64,000 nucleotides of DNA from Gammaproteobacteria bacterium (GTDB lineage Bacteria; Pseudomonadota; Gammaproteobacteria; Ga0077554; Ga007554), in the NCBI GenBank assembly GCA_033717875.1, contig JADDKJ010000001.1, positions 27,551 to 91,550 on the forward strand, in the 5' to 3' direction. The position numbers and the translations under genes are program-made. Positions 40,629 to 49,873 of this stretch are shown here, one piece after another (the first letter of the stretch is position 1; every line of letters starts with the position of its first letter). The notes below the pieces were generated by a model, which saw nothing but the letters and a program-made list of their open reading frames with translations, had not been told where the DNA came from and did not search any database.

Positions 40629-40955
40629 ATGCGCCCTCCCTTTGGCAAATGCTTATCAAGACCTTGGACTGTAGCCGACTTTACTGTACATTGCGATACA
40701 TTCCCAATATTTCCATTGAGAGGTCGCAATGGCCCCCGCCAAGACTACCACCCGAGGCTTGCGAATGACGATGTGGTGAATCTCGTCGTGCCCGTGCCGG
40801 ATCGAAAAATACAAGAGAATATTGCCGCTGAGGTTGCCCGCCGCCGCGAGAACGCGCGCCGGTTACGCGACGAAGCGGCGCGCATTTGGGATGAGGCCAA
40901 GCGCCAGTTCGAGGAAGAATTGCTCGGGCTGGAGTCCGGAGGACGCGCGCTATGA
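40629..40955 (+). pseudogene. possible type I restriction-modification HsdS C-terminal remnant
   Basis: The tail VPVPDRKIQENIAAEVARRRENARRLRDEA resembles the conserved C-terminal PxPPxxEQxxIA region of HsdS. There is no credible N-terminal TRD or start codon. Confidence 0.35.
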
Positions 40956-41965
40956 ATCATTACCAGCCGCCCTACACGATCACCCCGGAGATCCTGAACC
41001 GGGTCGCAGCGATCAGCGAGGCCATCGGGCGGCTGACGGTGCTGACCGATCAAGCCAAGGCGCTGCGGCTGCGGCGCATCAACCGTATCCGCACCATTCG
41101 CGGCTCGCTGGCCATCGAGGGCAACACCTTGAACGAAGCGCAGATCACCGCGATTCTGGAGGGTAAGCGGGTGATCGCCCCGCCCCGCGAGGTGCGGGAG
41201 GTGCGCAACGCGCTGGTCGCCTATGACCGTTCCGACACTTGGCGGCCCGAGGCGGAAAAGGATCTGCTGGAGGCGCATCGCATTCTGATGTCGAGCTTGA
41301 TCGACGAGGCGGGCATGTACCGGCGCGGCGGCGTGGGGGTGATGGCGAGCGGAGAGGTGATCCATATGGCTCCTCCGGCGGAGCGGGTGCCGCATTTGAT
41401 GAGCGATCTGTTCCGCTGGCTCGCCGCCACCGATGCCCATCCGCTCATCGCCAGCTCGGTTTTTCACTATGAGTTCGAGTTCATCCACCCCTTCGCCGAC
41501 GGCAACGGCCGCATGGGGCGGCTGTGGCAGAGCTTGATTCTGGCCCGCTGGAATCCCCTGTTCGCCGACATCCCGGTGGAAAGCCTGGTCTTCGAGCACC
41601 AGGCCGACTATTACGAGGCGTTGCGGGAAAGCACCCGCCAGACCGATTCCGCGCCGTTCATCAGCTTCATGCTGCGCATGATTCTGGATGCCGTGACCAC
41701 CGCCGCCCCCCAAGTCACGCCTCAAGTCACCCCCCAAGTCGGCGAACTGCTGCGGGTGGTGAAGGGAGAGATGAGCCGCGAGGCACTGCAAACTGCCCTA
41801 GGTCTGTTGGACCGCAAATCCTTCCGTGCGCGTTACCTCAAACCGGCCTTGGATGATGGATTGATTGAAATGACCCTCCCCGGCAAACCCAACAGCCGCT
41901 TGCAGAAATACCGGTTGACCGGGGAGGGCGAAAGAATGAAAAAAGCGTTGTCACCAAGGAGGTAG
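40952..41965 (+). CDS. Fic-family protein (337 aa)
   Basis: Fic motif HPFADGNGRMGRL; a tandem repeat PQVTPQVTPQV precedes a C-terminal wHTH-like region. Confidence 0.85.
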   Translation: MNHYQPPYTITPEILNRVAAISEAIGRLTVLTDQAKALRLRRINRIRTIRGSLAIEGNTLNEAQITAILEGKRVIAPPREVREVRNALVAYDRSDTWRPEAEKDLLEAHRILMSSLIDEAGMYRRGGVGVMASGEVIHMAPPAERVPHLMSDLFRWLAATDAHPLIASSVFHYEFEFIHPFADGNGRMGRLWQSLILARWNPLFADIPVESLVFEHQADYYEALRESTRQTDSAPFISFMLRMILDAVTTAAPQVTPQVTPQVGELLRVVKGEMSREALQTALGLLDRKSFRARYLKPALDDGLIEMTLPGKPNSRLQKYRLTGEGERMKKALSPRR

Positions 41966-41968
41966 CGC

Positions 41969-42984
41969 ATGGCAATTTGGCTCATCCGCGCCGGTTCCCA
42001 CGGCGAATACGAACAGACGTTCATCCAGGAAAACCGCATTTATGTGACTTGGGACGACTTGGATGTGAATCTCGCCAAGCTCAAGCAGCGGGCCGATTTG
42101 ACGGCGGCAATGACCGAGCGTTACCCGGATACCAAACCCAAGGCGATTCAGAATTGGGTGGGGCAGGTGTGGCCCTTCGCGCACGAAATCAAAAAGGGCG
42201 ATCTCGTCATTCTGCCGCTCAAGACGCAACCGGCGATCTATGTCGGCGAGGTGGTCGGTGACTACCACGCGGAGCCGGAAGGCCCGAATCCGTTCTACCA
42301 CTGGCGTCCGGTGAAATGGATTGCCGAAGCTGTACCGCGCGCCAACTTCGGCAAGGACTTGCTCTATACCTTCGGTGCGTTTCTTACCATTTGCCGGGTA
42401 CAGCGCAACAACGCTGAACAACGTATTGCCGCGATGCGGGCCAATGGTTGGAAGCCGGAAACCATCGCGGCGGCGACGAAGACCACCGCGCCGGTGACCG
42501 ACGAAGCCGCCGGGGATACCGACCTCGAAGAACTCGCCCGCGACCAGATTGCCCAGCTTATTGCGTCGCGCTTCAAGGGGCACGGATTAACCCGATTGGT
42601 GGAAGCCATCCTCAAAGCCCAAGGCTACACCACCTATCGCAGCCCGGAGGGAGCGGATGGTGGCGCGGACATTCTGGCCGGGTCTGGGCCGCTGGGCTTC
42701 GGATCGCCGCGTTTATGTGTGGAAGTGAAATCGGAAAGCGGCCCCATCGACCGTGGATAAGTTGCTGGGGGGCGGTTTCCAAGTTCGGCGCGGACGAAGG
42801 TCTGTTCGTTTCGTGGAGTGGATTCAAGAGCAACGTGCAGAAAGAACTTGCGGCAAGTTTCTTCCGGGTGCGGTTATGGACCCAAAAGGAATTGTTGGAA
42901 CAGCTCTTCGCCCATTATGACCACTTGGACGAAGACTTGAAGGCCGAGTTGCCATTGAAGCGAATCTGGACGGTCGCGGCATAG
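41969..42984 (+). pseudogene. mrr: Mrr-family restriction endonuclease (Mrr_N plus catalytic domain), disrupted by frameshifts around a G6 run
   Basis: The N-terminal ORF 41969-42760 ends ...CVEVKSESGPIDRG*. The C-terminal continuation AVSKFGADEGLFVSWSGFKSNVQKEL... is in frame 1, and the intervening VDKLLGG is in frame 0. The G run gggggg lies at 42766-42771. Confidence 0.65.
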
Positions 42985-43159
42985 GATGAAGAGTAACCGG
43001 GCGTCGATGCGGAGGTGGAGTTACGACGACATTCGGGATTATCTGCGCCTGCTGATTCGCCAGCACAGCGATGATCCACAGGAAAGTACAGATTGACCCG
43101 ACCGTGTCGATCCAGAACGGATTCGTTCGTTACGGGGAAACTGAGACAGGTTATCTGTT

Positions 43160-43274
43160 ATTCCAATTTGCGTTAAAAACGACAATAATTTTGTAGGGTG
43201 CGTTCCACGCACCAATGGTAATGGTGCGTGGAACGCACCCTACAATATTTCACTTTATTATTGCGAAATGGAAT
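43160..43274 (+). repeat. MITE-like palindromic repeat, copy 3
   Basis: Near-identical to copy 1. Confidence 0.85.
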
Positions 43275-43400
43275 TACACCTGAACCCGCGATTCCCGAAT
43301 TTCAGCGGATGGTACCGTCTCGCTCAGGACGTGAAACCAACAAAAAAGCCCGCAGCTACGCGGGCTTTCGGATTTTTCTGGACTTGCTGAGATGTTGGAT

Positions 43401-43476
<76 letters not shown>

Positions 43477-43610
43477 AATGATGGCTTGAACCGATGGCCG
43501 AAACCAAGCGTTCAAAAACGAGGCGGCATTGTAGCATGGGGAAGAGCGGTATGCCATACATTGTTATGAAACTGCGGGGGTTGCCAGGCACTCTTGATTA
43601 TGCGGAGCGA

Positions 43611-44336
43611 TCAGGCGGTTTTCGCGATTTTCTTCAGCTGTTCGCGTTCCATGGCGGCAACATGGCGTTGAATGAGTTTCTGGCAGGGGGCTGTCAGATT
43701 GGTGAATCGGCAACCGAGGTGGGCGTGGCTGTTGCCGTCTTTATTGCGGATGGAGCGTATTTCCAGGGTGCATATCATTTTTTCGCCCTGGGGAAAGGCG
43801 AATGTGCAGGGGATCACATCCATTATCTTGAGTGAGGCCGGCAATTTGTTTTGTGCTACTCTGATGGCGGCGCCGCCCATCGAGATATCGTGCAGTTCGC
43901 CTTGCAGTGTTTTGGCGTCGCTCAGGGTGAGAGTGACGGCAATGGGTTTGGCGGGACCGGCTTTGATGCGGTAATGGGCGCGTTGTTGCAGATAATCGAC
44001 TTCTTCGGGGATAGGCAGCTTGTAGAAGGCGATACCGGAATCGTTGCCCACCTCTCCCAGTGTGGCCGAGAAACTGACCCGGGCGCCCTCGAGGCGTGCG
44101 CGCGCGCGAAATTCTCTGGTTTTTAGCAGCAGGGCGTGGCCTTCGGCGGGGCCGAGTTCGTCCAGGACAAGGTAGTTCTGTTCGCCATTGACTTCAAGAA
44201 TGGCGGTGTTGAAAGGTTTTTCCGATCCGGGAAGGGTAACACTGAGCAGGGCGCGCTGGCTGTGCAGGCGCTTCAGAAGGCCGACGATCTGTGGTTTGAC
44301 TGTCATCTTGTCCATGATGGTATTGCTGTGTGTCAA
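43611..44336 (-). CDS. ycgR: flagellar brake protein YcgR (YcgR_N plus PilZ c-di-GMP receptor)
   Basis: PilZ motifs RAHYRIK and DISMGGAAI. Confidence 0.8.
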   Translation of the reverse strand: MTHSNTIMDKMTVKPQIVGLLKRLHSQRALLSVTLPGSEKPFNTAILEVNGEQNYLVLDELGPAEGHALLLKTREFRARARLEGARVSFSATLGEVGNDSGIAFYKLPIPEEVDYLQQRAHYRIKAGPAKPIAVTLTLSDAKTLQGELHDISMGGAAIRVAQNKLPASLKIMDVIPCTFAFPQGEKMICTLEIRSIRNKDGNSHAHLGCRFTNLTAPCQKLIQRHVAAMEREQLKKIAKTA

Positions 44337-44379
44337 ATGGCTGATAGATGGCTATTTCGTGTTTCTCGACTGAATCTGG

Positions 44380-44874
44380 TCACGCTTGTCCTAAAGACTG
44401 GGAGGACGTGTCCGCCTGGCATGTCCCGGAAGCGCTATAGTAGTTCTGCTGTTCGGACGATTGTCCGCGCAGTATGGCCAGTGTTCTTTGAATGCTCATG
44501 CGCCCGAGCGCGATGATCCCGCCATTTATTTGATTCTGTCGCCGGGATTCCATGCTCACGGTCTTCAGCGCCTGCCAGAGCGCATCGAGGCCATGAATGC
44601 CGTGGGGGTCTTGCTCGGTGATGTAGCGTTCGAGACCGGCTTGGCTGGGCGGATAGCCGGCGTTACGCAGTATTTGCGCGTGCTGTCCTGCCAACGTTTC
44701 CAGTTCGTTCACCCATCGCTGTTTGTCTGCGGCGATGTGTTCGATAGCGGCGGCGTTGCTGGTTCTGAGGGCGGCATGTTCTTGCCGCAAGCCGGCAAGC
44801 AGAGCGGCGGCGGCATCGCTTTCCTGCCGTAGCAGGTTGCCAAGCTGTTTTTGATCTTCGGGTGTCGCCATCAT
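44380..44874 (-). CDS. flgN: flagellar export chaperone FlgN
   Basis: Size, helical character and position downstream of flgM. Confidence 0.65.
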   Translation of the reverse strand: MMATPEDQKQLGNLLRQESDAAAALLAGLRQEHAALRTSNAAAIEHIAADKQRWVNELETLAGQHAQILRNAGYPPSQAGLERYITEQDPHGIHGLDALWQALKTVSMESRRQNQINGGIIALGRMSIQRTLAILRGQSSEQQNYYSASGTCQADTSSQSLGQA

Positions 44875-44884
44875 GGTCTAACAA

Positions 44885-45202
44885 TTAACTCATAAATCCG
44901 TGTTGCAAGGTGCTTTCAAATCTCAGAAATTTATCCGCCACACGCAAGGGGTCGATCGCGTAGGTGTCGTTATCAATAGCCTTGCGTATACCTTCGACGC
45001 GCTGCACGTCGACCACGGGCAGATTGGTCAGGATTTTCTCCAGTTTGCGTAGCCGTTCGGCGGAATCCGTCAGGCTCACCGTGTCCACCGCCGAGGATTT
45101 GCCGGTTTCCTGCTGGGCCGGGGTCTGCTGGCGGGCCGGCTGGATGTCGGGCGTGGCCTGATTGATAGGGATGGCTGATTTTCCAATGGGCTCAATAGGC
45201 AT
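44885..45202 (-). CDS. flgM: anti-sigma-28 factor FlgM
   Basis: About 100 aa with the conserved C-terminal VDVQRVEGIRKAIDNDTYAID. Confidence 0.8.
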   Translation of the reverse strand: MPIEPIGKSAIPINQATPDIQPARQQTPAQQETGKSSAVDTVSLTDSAERLRKLEKILTNLPVVDVQRVEGIRKAIDNDTYAIDPLRVADKFLRFESTLQHGFMS

Positions 45203-45234
45203 GTTTTATACCCGCATAAGTGTTATTGCACTTG

Positions 45235-45264
45235 TTAGCGGCAGGAAGCGCGGGAAACTTTAAA
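45235..45264 (-). promoter_or_regulatory. sigma-28 (FliA)-type promoter upstream of flgM (TAAAGTTT-N12-GCCGCTAA on the minus strand)
   Basis: The reverse complement reads ttaaagtttcccgcgcttcctgccgctaa. Confidence 0.55.
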
Positions 45265-45276
45265 GCAGCCTGATGA

Positions 45277-45978
45277 TCACATTCGCACTTTAACAACCCC
45301 CTCCGCAATCACCGTTCCCTCGATAACTCGCTGTGAAGACAGGTTGCTCACCTGGATCGATGTCCCGGCGGCGCCGTCCGCCAGTGCTTTTCCGGTCATG
45401 CGCACATTCACGCCGGCGATTTCCGCCAGAAGAGTGACCAGGTCGCCCTTGCGCACCAGGCGTGGTGCTTCGAGCATGGCTGGCGTGTAAGGGCTGCCGG
45501 CGGTTACCGGACGTTTTGCTATCCTGCCCACAATCTGTTCGGGGGTGCTGAAATGACCCTCCGGCAATGCCGCGACATCCCGTTCGACCAGCTGAAAGTC
45601 CTCGGCGCCTATGACATCACCTCGGCGCAGGGCGAGGCGGGCGGTCAGCACGGTAGCGTGAATTTTGACATTGACCGGCACATAGATCGACCACGGTTTT
45701 GGCTGGTGGCAGCGTACGCCAACACTGGTGTTGCCCGTTCGGCGGCCGCCGGGGGGCGAGAATGCCTCCAGTGTTTCCGCGCAAGCCGGCAAGCGTAGCC
45801 GCGTATCCAGCGCGCCAGCGTCGATTTCCAGACGCCCGCCAGGGTTTGGGAGCTGCTGCTGGATAAAGTTCTTGGCGGTTTCCTGGATGCCCTCCAGCGG
45901 CTGATAACCTTGGGCGCGGGCAAGCGGCGGCGCAAGGAAGGCCAAACATGCAAGACAGGCTGTCATACGGTATTTCAT
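45277..45978 (-). CDS. flgA: flagellar basal-body P-ring formation chaperone FlgA
   Basis: Signal peptide and FlgA/SAF-domain sequence. Confidence 0.8.
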   Translation of the reverse strand: MKYRMTACLACLAFLAPPLARAQGYQPLEGIQETAKNFIQQQLPNPGGRLEIDAGALDTRLRLPACAETLEAFSPPGGRRTGNTSVGVRCHQPKPWSIYVPVNVKIHATVLTARLALRRGDVIGAEDFQLVERDVAALPEGHFSTPEQIVGRIAKRPVTAGSPYTPAMLEAPRLVRKGDLVTLLAEIAGVNVRMTGKALADGAAGTSIQVSNLSSQRVIEGTVIAEGVVKVRM

Positions 45979-46098
45979 GGCTGCCGTTATGCAGAATATA
46001 TACCAGGTTCGCCATTGGCGACGGAAAGAAAGTTCTTCAATCTTTGCCGCTCCCTGCCGATATTTCTGCTGGGTTCAACTTAAGCGCGGGGAGTTGGC

Positions 46099-47043
46099 AT
46101 GGCGAGCATATTGGACGATATAGACAGACGAACCCAGATGGTCGGACAGAACCGCCTGGAATTGCTGTTGTTCCGTCTGGGTGGAATACAACGCTTTGGT
46201 ATCAATGTCTTCAAGGTACGCGAAGTGATTCAATGTCCGCCGCTGGCGCATTTGCCCAAGGCGCATCCGGCGATATGCGGTGTCGCCACGATTCGCGGTA
46301 AGACCATACCGGTGATCGATTTGTCGATGGCGATAGGCAGACCGCCGATGATGGAAACTTCGGGTGGTTATGTGATCGTTACCGAATACAATCGTTCTGT
46401 GCAGGGATTGCTGGTGAACGGCATGGACCGGATTGTCAACATGAAATGGGAATCCGTACTGCCACCACCCAAAGGCGCGGGGCCGGGCAGTTACTTGACG
46501 GCGGTTACGAAACTGGATGACCAGCTCGTCGAAATTCTGGATGTCGAGAAGGTGTTTGCCGAGGTTATTCATTGTTCGGCCGAAGTCTCCGAAGAAGTGG
46601 CGGACATTGGGCTGGCTTCGGAAGAGGAAGCCGCCCCGCACGTCCTGATCGTCGATGATTCCAGCGTGGCGCGCGGTCAGATCAAGCGCACGCTGGATCA
46701 GATCAAGGTGTCATATACGCTGGCTGAGGATGGACGCGAGGCCTTGGCTGTATTGAAGCAATGGGCGGATGCGCATGATCCGCTCCTGGAGCGCTTGAGG
46801 ATGGTCATTTCCGATATCGAAATGCCCGAGATGGATGGCTATACGCTCACTTCCGAAATCCGCAAGGACCCAAGGTTGCAGAATTTATATGTCATCCTCC
46901 ATTCGTCATTAAGCGGTGTATTCAACGATGCCATGGTGAAAAAGGTCGGCGCGAGTCAGTTCATCGCCAAATTCAGCGCCGACGATCTTGCAATGGCGGT
47001 TCTCAATCGCCTGAAATCGCTGGAAGAGAATAGAAGCAGATAA
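46099..47043 (+). CDS. cheV: chemotaxis protein CheV (CheW-like plus receiver domain)
   Basis: CheW domain followed by a REC domain (LIVDDS...DIEMPEMDG). Confidence 0.85.
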   Translation: MASILDDIDRRTQMVGQNRLELLLFRLGGIQRFGINVFKVREVIQCPPLAHLPKAHPAICGVATIRGKTIPVIDLSMAIGRPPMMETSGGYVIVTEYNRSVQGLLVNGMDRIVNMKWESVLPPPKGAGPGSYLTAVTKLDDQLVEILDVEKVFAEVIHCSAEVSEEVADIGLASEEEAAPHVLIVDDSSVARGQIKRTLDQIKVSYTLAEDGREALAVLKQWADAHDPLLERLRMVISDIEMPEMDGYTLTSEIRKDPRLQNLYVILHSSLSGVFNDAMVKKVGASQFIAKFSADDLAMAVLNRLKSLEENRSR

Positions 47044-47048
47044 ATTAT

Positions 47049-47089
47049 CCCTGAACCTGAAAACGGCGACGCCGTTTTCAGGTTCAGGG
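47049..47089. terminator. long perfect palindrome ccctgaacctgaaaacggcg-ac-gccgttttcaggttcaggg between cheV and cheR
   Basis: A 19-bp inverted repeat that probably acts as a terminator or attenuator. Confidence 0.5.
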
Positions 47090-47114
47090 ATTTGAGTTAT
47101 AAGGAAATACGTTC

Positions 47115-47951
47115 TTGGATCACTCTATTTCTGCACAGGAATATCACGCTTTTCGTGAGTTTCTTGAGTCTGTCTGTGGTATTGCCCTGGGAGAGAACAA
47201 GCACTATCTGGTGAGCAGCCGGCTTAACCGTCTGATGGGGGAGTCGGGTATTCGGTCGATCGGCGATCTTGTTGAACAATTGAAGAGAAATTCCCGGCCT
47301 GGTTTGCGCGAGCGGGTAGTCGATGCGATGACCACCAATGAAACATTGTGGTTCCGGGACAATGCGCCGTTCGATATCTTGAAACACCATATCTTGCCTG
47401 ATCTTTCCGGAAAAAGAATGCGGCCGGTGCGAATATGGTCCGCGGCGTGTTCGTCGGGTCAGGAGCCGTATTCCATAAGCATGATGGTTCAGGAATATCT
47501 GGGGAGCAAACCCGGTGGTCTGGCGGCGGGAGTGCAAATTATCGCCACCGATATTTCTCCCACCATGATCAAGGAAGCCAAAGCGGGTTTGTATGACTCG
47601 ATGGCGTTGGCGCGTGGTTTGTCGGATGAGCGTAGAAAACGCTTCTTCACGCAGAAAGGCGCGCAGTGGGAGGCCAAGGATGAAATACGCAAGAGAATCA
47701 CTTTTTCCGAGTTGAATTTGATAAAAAAAGATTACCATGGGATGGGTAAATTCGACGTGATTTTTTGCCGAAATGTGTTGATCTATTTTTCTGGCGATGT
47801 GAAACGGAATATCATCGCCAACTTTTCAAAAGTGATGGAGCCCGGAGGTTATCTGTTTCTTGGGGCATCCGAATCCATCTCTGGCTATTCGGACGTCTTC
47901 GAAATGGTGCGCTGCCACGGCGGCATCGTCTATCGGCTTATCGAGAAATAG
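47115..47951 (+). CDS. cheR: chemotaxis protein methyltransferase CheR
   Basis: CheR N-terminal region and SAM-binding domain. Confidence 0.9.
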   Translation: MDHSISAQEYHAFREFLESVCGIALGENKHYLVSSRLNRLMGESGIRSIGDLVEQLKRNSRPGLRERVVDAMTTNETLWFRDNAPFDILKHHILPDLSGKRMRPVRIWSAACSSGQEPYSISMMVQEYLGSKPGGLAAGVQIIATDISPTMIKEAKAGLYDSMALARGLSDERRKRFFTQKGAQWEAKDEIRKRITFSELNLIKKDYHGMGKFDVIFCRNVLIYFSGDVKRNIIANFSKVMEPGGYLFLGASESISGYSDVFEMVRCHGGIVYRLIEK

Positions 47952-48199
47952 GCTTTCCCCAAGGGGCGCATTGCTGCGCCACTTCATATATGGTAACAGC
48001 AGCGTGCGCTGTTCGCACGTCAGCCAGACGGCATTTTCGTGCGCACAACGCATGCTACGAGTCATCCTTCTTTAAGACAATCTTCATTATTCCTCCTTGC
48101 CCGTCTGTTTGCCGCACAGCGGAAGCATCTTGCCGCAGGCGATGCCGCTGATATTTCCCGTGGCGTGTAATTCATTGTTTTTAAAAGTGATGACCGCCA

Positions 48200-48215
48200 T
48201 GGCACGGACGCTGCA
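48200..48215 (+). promoter_or_regulatory. sigma-54 promoter (TGGCACG-N4-CTGCA) upstream of flgB
   Basis: tggcacggacgctgca contains the GG(-24) and GC(-12) elements at the correct spacing, 36 nt upstream of the flgB start. Confidence 0.65.
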
Positions 48216-48250
48216 TTCCATCAAGCGGAAAGTTCATGGAGTTTACCGCA

Positions 48251-48655
48251 ATGCCCATCAATATCGACAAAGCACTAGGCATCTTCCCGCAGGCGCTGAC
48301 GTTGCGCGCGCGGCGCGCCGAAATCATCGCGGCCAACATGGCGAATGCGGATACGCCGAATTACAAGGCCCGCGACATCGATTTCAAAGGCGCACTGAAG
48401 CAGGCTGCCGACCGCGCCGGCAGTCATGACGTGACGCTGAGGCGTACCGATGCGAGGCATCTTGCGGTGGGGGGAGATGCGATGTCCGAGGCGGTGAAGT
48501 ACCGTATACCGCACCAGTCTTCGCTGGATGGCAATACGGTCGATGCCGAAACGGAACAGGCCGAGTTTACCCGCAACGCGGTGCAATATCAGGCCACGCT
48601 CACGTTTCTCAACGGACGCATCAGGGGTTTGATGACGGCCATTCGAGGAGATTAA
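48251..48655 (+). CDS. flgB: flagellar basal-body rod protein FlgB
   Basis: ANMANADTPNYKARDIDF motif; ATG at 48251 preceded by RBS ggag. Confidence 0.9.
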   Translation: MPINIDKALGIFPQALTLRARRAEIIAANMANADTPNYKARDIDFKGALKQAADRAGSHDVTLRRTDARHLAVGGDAMSEAVKYRIPHQSSLDGNTVDAETEQAEFTRNAVQYQATLTFLNGRIRGLMTAIRGD

Positions 48656-48658
48656 TCC

Positions 48659-49069
48659 ATGTCATCCTTCAGAATATTCGAGATTGCCGGCTCGGGAATG
48701 AGCGCGCAATCATTGCGTCTCAATATCACCGCCAGCAATCTTGCCAATGCCGAGAGCGTGAGCGGGAATGACAAGGGTGTATACCGGGCGCGTGAGCCGG
48801 TGTTTTCGGCGGTGATGGATGGCTTCGGCGATGAGTCAGCGGCGAATGTGCGGGTGCTCGGTGTGGTTGAAAACAATGCGCCGGTGCAAATGCGCTACGA
48901 GCCCGGTCATCCACTGGCGGATGCCCAGGGCTACATCTACATGCCGAATGTGAACATGGTGGAGCAGATGGCGAACATGATTTCCGCCTCGCGCTCCTAT
49001 CAAAATAATGTCGAGGTGCTGAACACCTCCAAGCAGCTCTTGCTTGCCACCTTGAGATTGGGCCAGTAA
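48659..49069 (+). CDS. flgC: flagellar basal-body rod protein FlgC
   Basis: Family similarity. Confidence 0.9.
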   Translation: MSSFRIFEIAGSGMSAQSLRLNITASNLANAESVSGNDKGVYRAREPVFSAVMDGFGDESAANVRVLGVVENNAPVQMRYEPGHPLADAQGYIYMPNVNMVEQMANMISASRSYQNNVEVLNTSKQLLLATLRLGQ

Positions 49070-49088
49070 AAGAACATCGGAACATGGA

Positions 49089-49133
49089 TGTGCTCTGAGA
49101 ATTACAGGATGGAGTTATTCAGAGATTCCTAAA
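49089..49133 (+). repeat. 45-bp intergenic repeat, copy b (between flgC and flgD)
   Basis: tgtgctctgagaattacaggatggagttattcagagattcctaaattt is about 90% identical to 1021-1066. Confidence 0.8.
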
Positions 49134-49170
49134 TTTTTATGGGCACTTTAATGTTGCCGGAGAAGGATAT

Positions 49171-49845
49171 ATGAGCACGAATATTGACACCAATGCCCTG
49201 GAAAAATTGGGCCTGATGCAGAAGCCATCGCAGGCGGCGAGCAAGGACCGCCTCGGCCAGGATGAGTTCCTGAAGCTGATGGTGGCGCAACTGAAAAACC
49301 AGGATCCGATGAAGCCCATGCAGAATGGGGAGTTTATGGCGCAGATGGCGCAATTTAGTACTGTTACAGGCATCCAGGAATTGCAGACTTCTTTTTCGCA
49401 ATTCGCCACTGCCATGCAATCCAATCAGGCTCTCCAGGCCTCGGCGTTGGTTGGGCGTACGGTGCTGGCGCCTGGAGATGTCGCTGTGCTGGCGCCGGGG
49501 GGCGGTGTGAGCGGCGCGATTGATTTGCCGTCCACTACATCGAAATTGACAGTGGCCGTTTACAGCCCGTCCGGACAGCTTGTCCGGCGTATGGATATGG
49601 GGCAGCAGGCGGGCGGCTTGGTCGATTTCAAATGGGATGGTAAGACGGATGCCGGCGATATGGCACCGGCCGGAAATTACAAGCTGGCTGCCGGCGCAAT
49701 GATCTCTGACAAGGCGGTGGCGGTGGATACGCTGGTGGCCTCGACGGTGGAGAGTGTGACGCTCGGGCGTGGTGGACAGACGCCGACGGTGAACGTTGCT
49801 GGCATCGGAGCAGTGGATATGTCCAACATCCGCCGCATCATGTGA
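49171..49845 (+). CDS. flgD: flagellar hook capping/assembly protein FlgD
   Basis: Family similarity. Confidence 0.9.
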   Translation: MSTNIDTNALEKLGLMQKPSQAASKDRLGQDEFLKLMVAQLKNQDPMKPMQNGEFMAQMAQFSTVTGIQELQTSFSQFATAMQSNQALQASALVGRTVLAPGDVAVLAPGGGVSGAIDLPSTTSKLTVAVYSPSGQLVRRMDMGQQAGGLVDFKWDGKTDAGDMAPAGNYKLAAGAMISDKAVAVDTLVASTVESVTLGRGGQTPTVNVAGIGAVDMSNIRRIM

Positions 49846-49873
49846 TCGTTTTTACAGTTAGAGGAGAATCGTA

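Noticed and set aside
42985-43100. A 37-codon ORF (MKSNRASMRRWSYDDIRDYLRLLIRQHSDDPQEST) after the mrr pseudogene
   Set aside because: It is too short, has no RBS and has no recognisable similarity. It may be a remnant, but the evidence is insufficient.
45990-46098. A possible sigma-28 promoter for cheV (aaagttcttcaatctttgccgctccctgccgatat)
   Set aside because: The -10 element GCCGATAT is good, but the spacing to any TAAAG-like -35 element is wrong (19 nt versus 11), so it was not called.
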